NCBI GenBank assembly: GCA_903813345.2
Contig: CAIIXF020000001.1
Coordinates: forward strand, 28,644,001-28,708,000
From: Owenia fusiformis
Lineage: Eukaryota
Length of the DNA stretch: 64,000 bases
Direction of reading: 5' to 3'
Part shown: one piece after another, positions 1 through 13,300 of the stretch
Layout: each line of letters begins with the position of its first letter
Numbering within the stretch: the stretch's first letter is position 1
Program-made: the position numbers and the translations under genes
The notes under the pieces: generated by a model
Told to the model about the DNA's origin: nothing
Databases searched by the model: none
What the model saw: the letters and a program-made list of their open reading frames with translations, nothing else

Positions 1-200
1 GTTTTATTTGTGAGTATTTACCTGGAGATTTGTGCTTTTGTAATTTGTTCCAATTTTTATGTCACCATCATTGATCTCAGTAGATTATTATAGAAATCTG
101 AAGGGAGATCAAGATGTTCAATCAGAATTGGCGTATTACAGTAATTTATTCCTTGAGTTCTTCTAATTTGACAGACGTTATTTGAAATATTTCATTCCAG

Positions 201-3200
201 TACACCAGCCTATTTAAGCCTAGTGGCTGATGGAGAGAAATCAGACACTGGAAGTGGAAAATCTACTCTTGAGCCTTTCAACTTTTCTGATATGTGGGGC
301 AATAGACCGGAGAGTGCGCTTAGCAGTGATAGCTATGAGGAAATGGTCAGTTTATTACCTAATAAGGCCATAAGAAATAGATTCTTTTTTGCAAACTCAA
401 GAAACACAAACTTGTTTGCTGAGAAATGTATACATTTTATGGGCATAAAAAGGGATGACATACCAATTTGCAGTGATTACAAACACATATTATTATACAA
501 TTTATTTAAACATACCTATTATTCAAGGGTAAAAATAAGAAAATACACAATGTATGCCTGAGTAATCAATAACACTGTCAATTTTGACACACATCAAATT
601 ATCTGCCATTTTGTCTGGTTCTGATTGAACGAAATGTGATGGTACTTCCAGTCCCTTGTGATTGCTATTTGGATGTGTTTGTTTTTCCTGATTTACTCAA
701 AATCATGCAAGCAAGGGGATGCAAAACAGAGAATCTACTTTTTATGGCCTAATCAAAAAAGGTCAAGTTTTGATCATTGTATTCTGATAACAATGAACAT
801 TTTATCATACCAAATGATAAAATTTAATTGAAAAATGTATGTGTTTTTAGACAAAACAATATGATTTTTTTTTATTATTATTCATTTTTATTTCAAGTTC
901 ATATATTATAATATTTTATATCATACAATGAAAATTAAACAAGGTTAATCAATTTAACATTTGTGTTGAACTTTGAAGTAAATGTACCATATACTAGTGT
1001 ACAATACAAATACAAATATGTTACAATTATTCATAACTGTTCATATATAAACAAATGGAAAAAACACTATCATTCTTCATTTGTCATATTTTTAACAAAA
1101 AGATATAGTTGATTAAAACATATGATATAATTCTCTTGACCATTGAACTGTCATGTTCTAGGATGATGAAATGCAGATGCTCAGATCCAATAGGTTTAGC
1201 TCAAGGTTTATAGATGAACCGCTCTACCAGGTGTGGCACAGTGACTTTAACCATAGGCAGTCGATAGAGCAGAAGCTACAAGCGGATATAGGTAAGGAAT
1301 ATGGGCCAACTGGAACATAATCTATTTCATTAATGATAAACCTTGTATCCAAGATTATTTGACCAATTTAATGGTAGTACTCAAAATGGGAACTTTACCT
1401 ATTTTTTCATTTTATATTTTATCCCTTAAAATAATACTAATCAAAACCTTAACTAGATATATGTAACTGCTTTAATCGGGTTGGAAAATATCTTTTGAAT
1501 GGATGCAGAATCTTGTAGAAATGAAATATTTGTTTTGCCCCAGATAGAACAAACTCATTTAATATAATTTTGGATAATGGGTTTCTGAATTACTATTTGG
1601 AAAATGGTTTCTGAATTACTATTTCATATACTGGCATATAATACCAGGTGCACCTTAAGCATTGAACAAGTATCATTTTCCTATACATGCTGAAACGATC
1701 ATATGGTTCTTAGTCAAATTCACTGAGTCCAAAAGACCACTACATATGCTTCTGAATACAAAGACAAAACACCTATTCTATAGTGTTTGTTATAATGTGT
1801 TATAGATGAGGATGAGGAAGAGAATATATATGACACTTATGACATCAAAGATGGTGAAATATATGATGATGCCGCATCATTCAAGCCCTCGCAGTCTTTC
1901 AAAGAGGAGCCTGATGAACCAGGGACCACTGATTATAGCTTAGAAACTGCCACTTCTGCTGTATCACCTACGTCCCCAACATTTAAAGGAATGCGTACAC
2001 TGTGGTGTGAGTTGCCTGAGGTTATACAGAGTGGAGTTCTGGACTCAATGGCACCTAGTCAGAAGAAAATACAAGAGGTACAACACAGATATATATGTAT
2101 CGCTCTTTTTAAATAGTTGGGGCGGGACAATGTCTAAAATTCAAAGAAAATACATGTACAGTATGATCAATTTTAAGAAAGATATTAAATAGGCCATAAA
2201 ATGTCTTTTTACTCACCCTGCATGTTCATGTTATTCCAGGCAATGTTTGAAGTGATCACTTCAGAGGCCTCCTATGTTAAAAGTCTCAACCTAATGGTGA
2301 ATCACTTCTTCCTGGCAAGTGAGCTGACAGATAGACCTGGCTGCCGCTCCTGTCTTGAGAAAAGAGACAAACATTTCCTATTTTCCAATGTTTTGGCAGT
2401 TAGAGAAGTCAGTGAGAGGTAGGAGTTGTATTCAGTAAAATTAGACATAATGCAGTTTGCATTTTATGTAAATTGTTATTTCATATTGTCTTTCTGCCAT
2501 TTTCATGTCACCACCACATGTTGTGACATATTGTCATAGTCTCCAACTATTTTTGTGGCTGGTGTTTGGCAGTTGGCATTCTGTGTCTGTAACAAATGGC
2601 AGAGTGACATTTTGCATGTTAATGCCTTGTTTAAATGTGAATTGGTCCATTAAAAGCAATCTGTCGCAAGTCTGAATCATTACAATAGACTACACTGACA
2701 GAATAACATTAAATAGCATTTTGATACTCAGACCATGATTTGCCTCGCATTAAGAACATTCCTTATAAAAATCGAATCTCTCATGTAGATAGGAGTGCAA
2801 GGAAGGTATTGTTACTTGTTATTTATCTCCAGGTTCCTTGCTGCCTTAGAGGCTAGATGGAGGGAAAACATAGTCATATCTGACATTTGTGACATTGTCA
2901 CCAAGTTCGCTGAAAACACCTTTGATGTCTACATCAAGTACTGCAGTAATCAAGTCTATCAGGACAGAACTCTCAAAAAAATAACGTAAGTAGTTTTGTG
3001 AATGGAGGTTGCTAAACTTTTCTTTATTTAAATGCTCGAAAAAAAGGGTTTGAAACTGTAGTATTTTGCCAAGTTTGACATTTATGTATCTTAATATAGT
3101 TTGTGTTCAGTCTGTGAAATTTACAAATCTAGCCCATATATTACACATTCTTACACTTGATTTTTGTGAATTTGAAGAGAAAATGTGTAAATTGACATTT

Positions 3201-6200
3201 TGAATGAAGAATTCTGTGACGGTCAAAGTCCCTCTGTTTTCCATACATTCGTTGAACTTTCTCATCAATCTGGGTTTCTTGTTATTTCTCATTTTTATAC
3301 ACAGTAGCCATACCACTGCTTAAATATAACGTATTTCAACATATTTATAGCACTATAAAGTCACTACTTGTTCCATATTCTTCTCTAAATAATCTACTTA
3401 TACTAATTATCATGTATGTTTCAGTTCAGACAATCTCATGTTCAAAGAGATTATCGACAAACTAGAAAAACATAAATCATGTTTGGGTCTCTCTCTGCAT
3501 TCATTCCTGATCCTACCAATGCAACGTATAACCCGCCTACCTCTCCTGATTGATGCAATATGTCATAGACTTGAGCCTAAAACTGACAAACATGACTCTG
3601 CCATGTCTGCCCTCCAAGCGCTGAATTCAGTAAGTACATGTGATTTTCTAAATGCATTCTTTAACTAGCCAACATAATCTATATTTCTAATATAGTTTAT
3701 ATTTCTGTTTTGTTTGTGAGTTCCAGGAACATGTTTAATAACTATCATATTGTATTGTATTGTATTGTAGGTTGTGAAACAGTGCAATGAAGGTGGGAGG
3801 AACATGTTTAATAACTATCATATTGTATTTTATTGTAGGTTGTGAAACAGTGCAATGAAGGTGCAAGGAACATGGAGAGGGTGGAACAAATGGTTCATCT
3901 TGACAAACAATTAGACTTTGACAAATTAAAGGTAAATAGCAATTCTAAAAAGAATCAGAAATTTCTCAAGTATGACTTTATTAAGTCGATCAAAAAATAG
4001 CATTGTATATTTTGGATAAGTCAATATTGTATATACATTACATAAGTACATTTATGTAATTTACACATCATCTTGTACATGCCAGGCCCATAGCCAGGAT
4101 TTGCCAAGGGGGGGTTCACTTTTTGAAAAATTCCAGGGGGTTCACTTGTGACATTTTTGGTCCAGAAATGGCCAAAATCACTTAAAAAGTGCTCAGAATG
4201 GTGAAAAACTGCATGATTTTGAAAGATTTTTTGGCCGGGGGGGGGGGGGGTTCGCTCGAACCCCCCTGGCTACGGGCCTGCATGCTATATTGTATTATGA
4301 CATGGTGTAGTTTAGTATTGTGTAGCTACTGAGGTTGATTTTTTGCAGATTTTTTGCAGATTTTTATGTCATGTTTCTATTCCAGAAAAAGATTCCATTG
4401 ATTTCCACATCAAGGTACCTCGTGAAACAAGGACCCCTTCAACGCATCGTAAACAATAGTTCCAGCATCCCTGTGTTTGGCAAAAAAGGCCCCAGCAAAC
4501 AGCAACTGTTTCTCTTTGTCTTCAATGACATCATTGTTATCACTAAAAAGAAGAGGTAAGGACAATTGTAACATAGGAAAGAGTGCAGTGTGTTTGTAAA
4601 GTTGTAAACTGAAAACTGATACTGTTGTAATATTGGAAAGTATGCCGTATGTTAACTGGTAACTTCTCATCATTCAAAAACATCTGTTTTTTTCTGATTT
4701 GTTCTTCAACAGTTTTTTATTGACTACTAGTTGTACATGAATCAGGTTATATCAATAAACCATAGGCTGAGCTATCAACAAAAATATCCATTTATTTAGC
4801 TTTATGGTTTAATGTACATGTCACTAATGTCAACCATATGCATTGGTCAATATTTTTGGGATGAGCCAGCTTTTATCTGTCGAATGCCAGTAGCTTGATT
4901 TAAACATGTTATCTTATGTTAACCTCAAACCAAGTGTATTAACATGTCCTCCAATCTTGTTGCAATAAAGCAGTATACTTGTAATATCATTTTTTATTGG
5001 TTACTTCTTTTTTAGTGAAGAACGATACAGTGTGATAGACTACACTTCCCGCATCAACCTGCATACAGAACTAGTAGACGATGATCTCAATACACCTGTG
5101 CCTGTAGGATGTAAGAACCTGTTTCTCCTCGTGCTACTTGAGAACTTTGAAAACAAGCATGTCGAATTCCTACTTGCATGCGAATCACCGTAAGTAAATG
5201 TTGTATTAGTTCTGTAGTTGCACGCTTGGAGAAAATTTCTATTGTACACCACCAATCTGGTTTTAGTTATTATGTGTTAAGGGGAGGCATCAAAAGTTTG
5301 ATGTCGGATCGGAAACTTAATAAATCTAGTTTTGACTTTGAAACCCCCCCAAAAAAACTAAATACCATGAAAGTTGATCGCTGACTTCCCATTTGAGAAT
5401 TTGAATATTTCTAAAAATGATCTCGTTTTTTTTGTTACTTCCTATCGTAATTTGCTGCTTTTAACATTGATAGAATAGAATCCATTGGAATGATCTTGAC
5501 GAAGAAAGCATCGGGTAAAATCATTATTTTTAAACCACTCCAGGGCATTCTGAGTCAAAATTGCAAAACAATTTAAAATGTTGAAATTTGTCAGATAGCA
5601 AACTGAAATGGCTTTGAACCCTCTCCCCCTAACTAGATTCATTTAGTTTTCGATCTGACATCGTACTTTTGATGCCTCCCCTAATGAAGTGCAGAATTGT
5701 TGGAATTTAAGTAGTCAGTTTATTTTATTAGGTCAACCTAGCACCATATTGGTTATGCTTAGTTACAACCATATTTCATTGATGTTTAATATACAAAAGA
5801 ATTTATTGCTGGTGTACGTTTCTGTAAAACATTTCCCCCCTTGTTAGTTCTGTATGCTAGCTTTCTAGAGACATTTGCCATGACTGCTTCTGCTTTGGGT
5901 ATCAGTTGGAAGAATTGCATTTATATTAAATCACTAGTATCAGGATTGCCTCAGAATACATTGACAGCCATAACCATACCTTTCAAGAAAGCAAAAGTGG
6001 AACAGTGGAATGAAAAAGAATTCTCAATGGACATCAGTGTATCCCAATACTGACCAGTTTGAAAGAAATGGGGACATACATGGAGTTTGTTATTTCAGTA
6101 TTAACAGAAAATTTACCTTTTAGTTGTTGTCTTTTTTATTTACTTATTCTATAAGTATTTTCAGTTGTTCTTAAAAGCTCAGGGAATGTTTTCAATGTTC

Positions 6201-9200
6201 AATTTTCTTAGAGTAAGGTGAAATTTTTGTTTGATGAAGTTGTATATTTCATATGAATATTTTAACTTCACTTTTATGAAATTAACTAGCTTCTTTGCGG
6301 GATAAACATTTCTAGATCCTAATGCAGCATTCAATCGAGCATTATTCTTGTCGAATTCGCTTATATGTCTGAAATAAGAAGGAATCAGTTTTTCTAGAGC
6401 CTTCAGGGAGAGAGATAATTCCTCTGTTAAGCCTATCAGTGTGTATCTCTCAATGTGTTGTTTCGCTATAGGCAACCCTATATCCAAGTCTTTACACTCA
6501 TCAGCATGCCCACAGAACCAACCTGCATACAAACCTTCATCCAAGAAACACATTTCTTCTAAACCAAAGCTAGTGTTTCTGTATTCCTCTATGCATTTGC
6601 CATATGTCTTCCACTTGTGTTTTTGCGTGAATGTTGCTCGCTGTTTCGCTGATATGAAACTGAAGCTTTGCCTGGCAAACATATAGTAATACCAGGACAT
6701 GGCTTGCTCAAATGGATCTCTAACCATATTGAAATAAATAGGATTCCTGTAGCCAAATCTTTCAAAATTCACGTAATGAATGTGTCTATCATAGACCAAA
6801 CGTCCATCAATTTTACTTTGCAGTTGAACTAAATGCTCTACAAATTCTTGTAGGTTTCCATCACTAAGTACTTGTTCCAAAAAGACAGTTGACGTTTCTG
6901 AAGTATAATTTGAAAATGCCGCCATTTTGTTAAATAATGTCAACAATGTTGACGAGCCGCACTTAGGGATCCTGTTGTATAAGAAAATCTCCCTGTTTAC
7001 CTTATTAGGTATGCCAAATATCTCAGATTGATGTACATGATTGGATATTGGTACCATACTTTTATTTTGTTTTTGTTCGACAGCCTGCTTGAACACTTTT
7101 CCAGTTATTCGAGTCTGTTCTATGGTGTTATGTAGTAATCCTAAGACTCGCTTAGAATGGGTTGCATATTGTATTTTCTTGGAGGTTTGATACTTGTAGT
7201 TTTGTTTTGCCGACATGATCATCTTATTTTGATTTTTGTATTGAATGATAATGATTGATGATATCAATAAGCATGATAATCCAATTAGCATTGTCCATGT
7301 ATTTGATGTAGATGGGTGTCTAATCAACATGATTATTTGTCCTAATGTGTCATTACATTTCACAGATTTTGAAGACAATTTGTTTTGCAAAGTACATCGC
7401 TTAATTCCATTCTGTGATTTCTCTTCATTTACCAGCTCTAATTACTCTTAATACAAAGTTGGTCAAATCCAGTTATTTTGTCCACTTTAGGCTATTGACC
7501 ATGTGGATGTATCTTAATTGAAAATCAGGTTTTCATTTACCATATGATAAATTAAATTGATGCCATGTCATTGTAATTGCCATGTGTCACTTTAAATTTG
7601 ACTTCATTTATTTGATTTAGTTTTAAGGGTAAAGTTTTAACGTATAAGGCAAATATATTGGTCAATACATGTGTCAATACGTATAAAGTAAAAGAATTTC
7701 AATTAAGCTTAGCAACCAAACCTTTTTTTGTCTTTGTATATTTGTTCATGATCTATAATTTGGCCAATTTAATCCCACCAAATTTTAAGTTAAACTTTAT
7801 GTAAATTTTTATGATAAGTATTTGGTTGTATTTATTATCCAACCAAATGTAGGGATATAAAGAAGCTGTCCATCCGTTCATCAGTCTGTGCTGATTCATG
7901 TTTTTGGGCGATAACCCCAGTACTGGTTGGTGGATTGGGTTCAGATTTTATATGCTTATACCTTATGAGCAAAGGACCTCTGGTCAAGAAAAATTTTCAA
8001 AATAGCTGCTTAATTCAAAAAGGCTGTCATTTTTCATGACAAATGTGATTGATAACTCAAATACTGTTTGACAGATTTGGTCTTTCCAATATGGCCACTC
8101 AGTTTAAAATGGCTGTCATTTTTTGTTCAAATGGATTAAATAGTTGACTGATTTGGTTCAAATTTTATGTGCCGATGCCTTATAGACATAAGGAAGAAAT
8201 TTCCAAAATGACTGCTGAATTCAAAATGGCACTCTTATTTCATTAGATATATATTTTTTTGATAACTCAAATACAAATTGCCATCTTCGATTTGGCAACT
8301 GGAATGAAGTATCATATTGAGGCCTAGGCCACATTTGCCCTGATTTTTCGGCTAGCGCCTGGCTGATTGAGTATTTTTTTCAAAATTGATGTTCAAATTT
8401 CAAATCTTGGGACAGGTGTGAATTCCTGAGAACTTGTACATGATTTAAAAAAAGGTTTGGTCAATAGGAAGCAAGTTGAAATCAGTTTTGAACAAAATAC
8501 TGCAGTTGGCCGGGCGCTGGCCGATGAATCGAGGGAAATGTGACCTAGGCACTAGACCAATTGATTTAATATGTGAATAATGTGATATTCCAGGAGTGAG
8601 AGGACCAGATGGGTTGAAGCACTGACCCCTGCTGCTCAGGAAAATGATGATGAGAAGATATATGAGGCCTGGGGTAAGATATTATATCAAAATATTTTCT
8701 ACAAAATCACCTAAAAGATATAAGATTGCTAAAAGAACATATTTTCAATAAAACGTGTCAAGTTGGCAAAGTATCAATTTTAATCTGGAGAGTCCTTTTG
8801 TCTCCTTGACTCCACTACTGTTTAAAGATGCAACAATTAGTGCAGGGGGTCATTCAATGATCATCGACCAGTGTCAAAATATATTTAAGTTTGGATTTTT
8901 CATCAAGACTAACATAATAATCTTTTCATTATTTCCAAAGAAACCCCCTGGATCAACATTATTTCAGCTGATATTCCTCTCTCCCTTTATAGAATTATAG
9001 AATTTACACTTCTTAATGCTGAAATTGATAGTTTTTATCGAACCTTAAGGTGCTATATTGTAATCAGTTTGCCAGGCGGGCGGACTTCCCGAATAATCTT
9101 GTCTACAGGTTTCCAGCCAAACCGTTTGAGGGATTCATTTGAAATTCTCAGGGATGTTTCTACCTGTGAAAGTTTAGAACTGATTAGTTTTTCGACATTC

Positions 9201-11446
9201 TGGATAAATGTTAAGACGGCCATTTTGGATTTTCCGTCCTAAAATCTTGTCTGTCAAGGCTTGTCTACAGGTTTCCTGCCAAACCGTTTGAGGGATTCAT
9301 TTGAAATTCTCAGGGATGTTTCTACCTATAAAAGTTTAGAACTGATTAGTTTTTCGGCATTCTTGGTAAATGTTAAGGTGGCCATTTTGGATTTTTCGTC
9401 CTAAAATCGTGTCTGTGAAGGCTTGTTTTAAAAAATAAAAAAGAATTTCACATTGAGAGCAATGTTAAATTAAAACATTTTAAGAAATAACTAAACGGTC
9501 AATCTTTCCAATTTTCACATATTTTGTAATACATCAGTATATCTTTTACCAGGATTTTTTTCAGGAAAATCTGAATTGTAGAAAAATAGCTGATACACTG
9601 TGAAGTAATACCTTAAAACGTGTCTCTTGAGGGTTGTTTACAGGTTTCATGGATTCATCCTAAAATTTTAGTGATGTTTCTATGGAAAGTTTAGATCTGA
9701 TTAGATTCTAGGCAGTCTGGGTAAATGTTAAGGTGGCCATTTTGAATTTTCCATCTCGAAAAGTGTATTCTGTTCAAGGGTGCGATTCTGTTCACCGTGT
9801 GGCTTATTCATACATTTCAAGAAAATAGGTATGTCAAAGAAGGTGTTAAGCCAAATATTGACCTGATAGCTCAGAAAAAAAAAATTTCACATTTTTTCTC
9901 AACAGTCCTTGTTGCCCCTTTAACAAGTGACCTTGGATGCAGAGATTGATGATATAATGCACTGCAGTTATAATGTCTGCTTGAGAAGGAATTTCCAATT
10001 CTATTCCCTGATTATTTCTATCATGAACTGTTTAAAATGGCAAATGATTTGATAAAAGATATTTTGTTCGGTAGAATTTATTACTCCAGAGAATTCCTAT
10101 TTTTTACTAGCATTTTTTGTGGTAAAATAATCCCTTTTGTATTATTTCACAAATTCTGATATTGATGTTATGCATCATAATTGGATCATGAACAGCTGTA
10201 AACCCTCCCGAGGGCGCAGTACATAATGTAATTAAACCTCCCAGTTTTCTCAAGTGTCCATTTAAAATGCTCATGTGAAATTCAAAAATAGCATATTAGT
10301 TCTTGTGTAAAGTGAAATTGGAACCTGCCATGTGGCATATCTGATACTATTTAAGAGACATTGGCTTGTCCTTTTGTATGATGGGTGATCCAAAAGTCTT
10401 GGACGCCCTGCTCTAACTTTGCTATTTTTTAATGAAATTACATGAAACTTCCAAATATAACTCATCTTGCGAATATATTTTAATCTAATTACATGTCAGT
10501 CTTTTCTGGAAATGATCTATTGTATATTCAAACAATCTTTGAAAATGTTATATCTTAAAAAATTTATCCTGATTTTAAACTGATTTCTAGACTGTCCCCA
10601 GGTGCAAGTGGTGCATGCTTACACATCAGAACAACCAGATGAGCTGACACTGGAGGAGTCTGACATCATCAATGTGACGAGGAAGATGGCAGATGGTAGG
10701 TTCCTCAAAACTTAACCATAATCATAAGTACTGAGCAAAACACCTAAGACTAAGAAGTGGTGACAAGTGCAGGCCCGTAGCCAGGATTTGCCAAGGGGGG
10801 ATCATTTTTCAAAAATTTCCAGGGGGGGTTCACATTTTACAATTTTGGCCCAAATATGGCTAAAATCACTTAAGAAGTGCTCAAAATGGTGAAAAACTGC
10901 ATGATTTTGAAAAAAATTTGGCCAGGGGGGTTCGCCCGTACCCTGCGAACCCCCCTGGCTAGGGGCCTGAAGTGAAAGCATTATGTTCTCCTTTTTGTGA
11001 TAGAAATTCATCAGTATTCAGTGTTGACATCTGTAACAAATAGTTACACTGGTTCTTATTGCAACCAGATCATAGCATTTTAATACCTTGTTTAATGCTA
11101 CGCAAGCCTGAGCTCTGAAATGATCAATTTAAATGCATAGTCTTTCACAAATGCAAAAAGACATTATCACTTTGCCAAGCCAGTAGCTTATATGCTATGT
11201 GGAAGCATCGTACTTTAAGATGTATATACTGGTTTTGCGGGGAAATAACCATTCAGGTATACCCAATTTCAAAAGTTAGTATTTTTTTTAGGTTGGTATG
11301 AGGGAGAGAGGATGCGAGATGGGGAGAAAGGATGGTTTCCCTCAACCTACACAGTAGAGATCCACAATGCTCACGCTAGAGCCAGGAATTTACGTCAGAG
11401 ATATAGACTCCTAGCTCTGTCTCGGCAGTACCTAGACCAACATTAA
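201..11446 (+). CDS. ARHGEF26: Ephexin/SGEF-family RhoGEF (DH-PH-SH3); 5' end lies outside the window. Exons 201-345, 1162-1291, 1806-2077, 2240-2418, 2833-2985, 3425-3629, 3839-3931, 4386-4555, 5016-5189, 8594-8673, 10591-10695, 11292-11446
   Basis: GT-AG exons join in frame. Motifs: [15 protein letters not shown] ([30 protein letters not shown]), PH ([37 protein letters not shown]), SH3 (DCPQVQ...[11 protein letters not shown]...GWYEGER...GWFP), then RARNLR and TAA at 11444-11446. Exact vertebrate paralogue not resolvable. Confidence 0.93.
2500..2632 (+). mobile_element. Short (~130 bp) Helentron-associated (HINE/DINE-like) element; reverse copies at ~15572-15690 and ~26255-26356
   Basis: T-run, then ATGTCAC...GTGACAT hairpin, ending GTGACATTTTGCATGTTAATGCCTTGTT; reverse complement present at the two other loci. 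Confidence 0.6.
4083..4280. mobile_element. MITE, CAGG...CCTG termini, 5-bp TSD (hAT5-like)
   Basis: TIR caggcccatagccagg / cctggctacgggcctg; TSD CATGC on both sides; second copy at 10770-10969. Confidence 0.8.
5281..5681. mobile_element. MITE, PIF/Harbinger-like
   Basis: TIR ggggaggcatcaaaagt / acttttgatgcctcccc (~40 bp imperfect); TAA on both flanks. Confidence 0.75.
6179..7330 (-). CDS. Intronless Golgi sulfotransferase, heparan sulfate 2-O/uronyl 2-O-sulfotransferase (HS2ST/UST/pipe) family, nested antisense in RhoGEF intron 5190-8593
   Basis: Uninterrupted ORF, first ATG at 7330; N-terminal TM ([15 protein letters not shown]); 5'-[21 protein letters not shown]; 3'-PB NMVRDP...SWYYY; WFCGH...C; IGLTEEL. 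Confidence 0.88.
   Translation of the reverse strand: MLIRHPSTSNTWTMLIGLSCLLISSIIIIQYKNQNKMIMSAKQNYKYQTSKKIQYATHSKRVLGLLHNTIEQTRITGKVFKQAVEQKQNKSMVPISNHVHQSEIFGIPNKVNREIFLYNRIPKCGSSTLLTLFNKMAAFSNYTSETSTVFLEQVLSDGNLQEFVEHLVQLQSKIDGRLVYDRHIHYVNFERFGYRNPIYFNMVRDPFEQAMSWYYYMFARQSFSFISAKQRATFTQKHKWKTYGKCIEEYRNTSFGLEEMCFLDEGLYAGWFCGHADECKDLDIGLPIAKQHIERYTLIGLTEELSLSLKALEKLIPSYFRHISEFDKNNARLNAALGSRNVYPAKKLVNFIKVKLKYSYEIYNFIKQKFHLTLRKLNIENIP
8322..8551. mobile_element. Degenerate MITE
   Basis: TIR gcctaggccacattt / aaatgtgacctaggc; internal inverted ggctagcgcctggc / gccgggcgctggcc. Confidence 0.55.
9033..9808 (+). mobile_element. HINE/DINE-like element with ~2 copies of the ~162-bp internal repeat; same family as 23714-25120
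   Basis: tttttatcgaacct...aggtgctat start, GGCGGGCGG, repeats ttgtctacaggtttcc...ggattttccgtcctaaaa, end gggtgcgattctgttcaccgtgtggcttatt. Confidence 0.7.
10770..10969. mobile_element. MITE, same family as 4083-4280
   Basis: caggcccgtagccagg...cctggctaggggcctg; TSD AAGTG on both sides. Confidence 0.8.
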
Positions 11447-12399
11447 GTCACCACAAAGAGATTTGGCAATATGTGCTGAACCATGAATCGCCACATAGAA
11501 ATTTGGCAATATGTGCTGAACCATGAATCGCAGCATAGAAATTTGCAATTTACATATCAATTGAATAGCCACATATAAATTTGCAGTTTACATATCAATT
11601 GAATCACCACATATAAATTTGCAATTTATATATTAATTGAGCCACCATATATATATACACACGCATAGTAGTTATAAACAACCACAGTTATGTATTATTG
11701 CAGTTATGTACATATAAACTAAGAACTGAGTCACCACATATTACATTAACCAGCAGTATATTGTGTTCAGATGTGAACATTCAACTTATAAGGGACCAAG
11801 TTGCATTGATAGGATCAGGAATGGATGCAGAATAAGTCAATATGTTTATGCTCAAATAATAATCAACTTTGGTTGTCACTCTTCCCTACCACATGACCAC
11901 ATTTAAAAGGGATACAGGCTTCAATGAAGTTGCAAATGGAGGGGGTATTCTCTGTCCTTGTCTCCAGGACTTTTCTTGTAATAATACATTGCAAACTGCT
12001 CGATGAATGTATACAATGTAAAGTAGAACACTTGGAATATATGTAAAATCTAGTATACCTTCAGAAATATGGAAATAAGCAAACGTCCTTCATTTGCAAC
12101 TTCACTGACGCCTGTATCTATTTTGAAGAAATACAGGCTACAGTATTGGGGTATAGGGTAGTGTGTTGTATAAATAATAAAATTCTATAAGTTTATTATT
12201 GTAGTAGTCTATTATTATGTACATAAGTAGTTGCTATTAAAACACAAAATGAATTCCTATGCAAGAGCCTGTAGAGGTATTGAGTGAATGAATGGCTTTG
12301 TGAGAAATGAATAGCCTTCTGAGAAACTGATCATAATTAACACATTAAGTTTTTGTCCCTTGTGTGTCAATAAATCACTAGCACTACTCATCAAAGATT

Positions 12400-12893
12400 C
12401 AGTATTTTGATATAGAGTGATAAAACTGTACATTTTACTTATAGAGTATTTGATAGAAAAGTATTCACTTAACACAGTTTAATAACAACGCGATAAAAAA
12501 TGGACAAATATATATTGTTTTTTAAGAACACCTGCTAGAAGTGTTCATATTGCAAGGTGCTCTTATTAGAGATTTGTAAACATGGTTAATTGGACACAAA
12601 AAAACTAGGATTGAAATAAAAGTGTTTGCTTTATAAATGCATTTCAATGCAGTATTTTGATATAGAGTGATAAAACTGTACATTATACTTAAAGAGTATT
12701 TGATAGAAAAATATTCAATGAACACAATTTAATAACAACACGATAAAAAATGGACAAATATATATTGTATCTAAGAACACCTGCTAAAAGTGTTCATATT
12801 ACAAGGTGCTCTTATTAGAGATTTGTAAACATGGTTAATTGGACACAAAAAAACTAGGATTGAAATAAAAGTGTTTGCTTTATAAATGCATTT
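12400..12893. repeat. Tandem duplication of a ~250-bp unit downstream of the RhoGEF stop
   Basis: cagtattttgatatagagtgataaaactg recurs at 12400 and 12650, and the following sequence is near-identical. Confidence 0.85.
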
Positions 12894-13300
12894 ACAAATA
12901 TAACAGGTAAAGGTTTTTGAGGTCATTGCTATGTGTCGAGTTAAAATAACTTTTCCTAATGGTATTATCTCTTTAAACAACTGTTTCTTTTTTTATTGAT
13001 TTTTTATATTATATGTAAATAGCCATCAGCAAAACATTACAACTTTGCGCAATTTAAGACGTAGGTGCGTTTGTGTTGACGTGTTCCTTGTGTGTCAAGA
13101 TGGGCACAACAGCATGGTTTACTTCCAATGATTACTTTAACATGGAATTCCATTGATCCACCTTATTAAGAGATTGAAGAAAGGACACAAAGGATAAAGA
13201 GAATCAATGTAGAATTGTACACTCTGTCTAGAACTATAGATGTACTGTACATCTTTTATAAATGCACAGAAGATGTTGCATTTGAAATAATTGCTGTATT

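Noticed and set aside
81-140. Possible extra RhoGEF exon (DYYRNLKGDQDVQSEL...)
   Set aside because: The best donor gives a phase incompatible with exon 201; not supportable without transcripts.
7331-7390. ORF-track N-terminal extension of the sulfotransferase
   Set aside because: Begins at TTG; the first ATG is at 7330.
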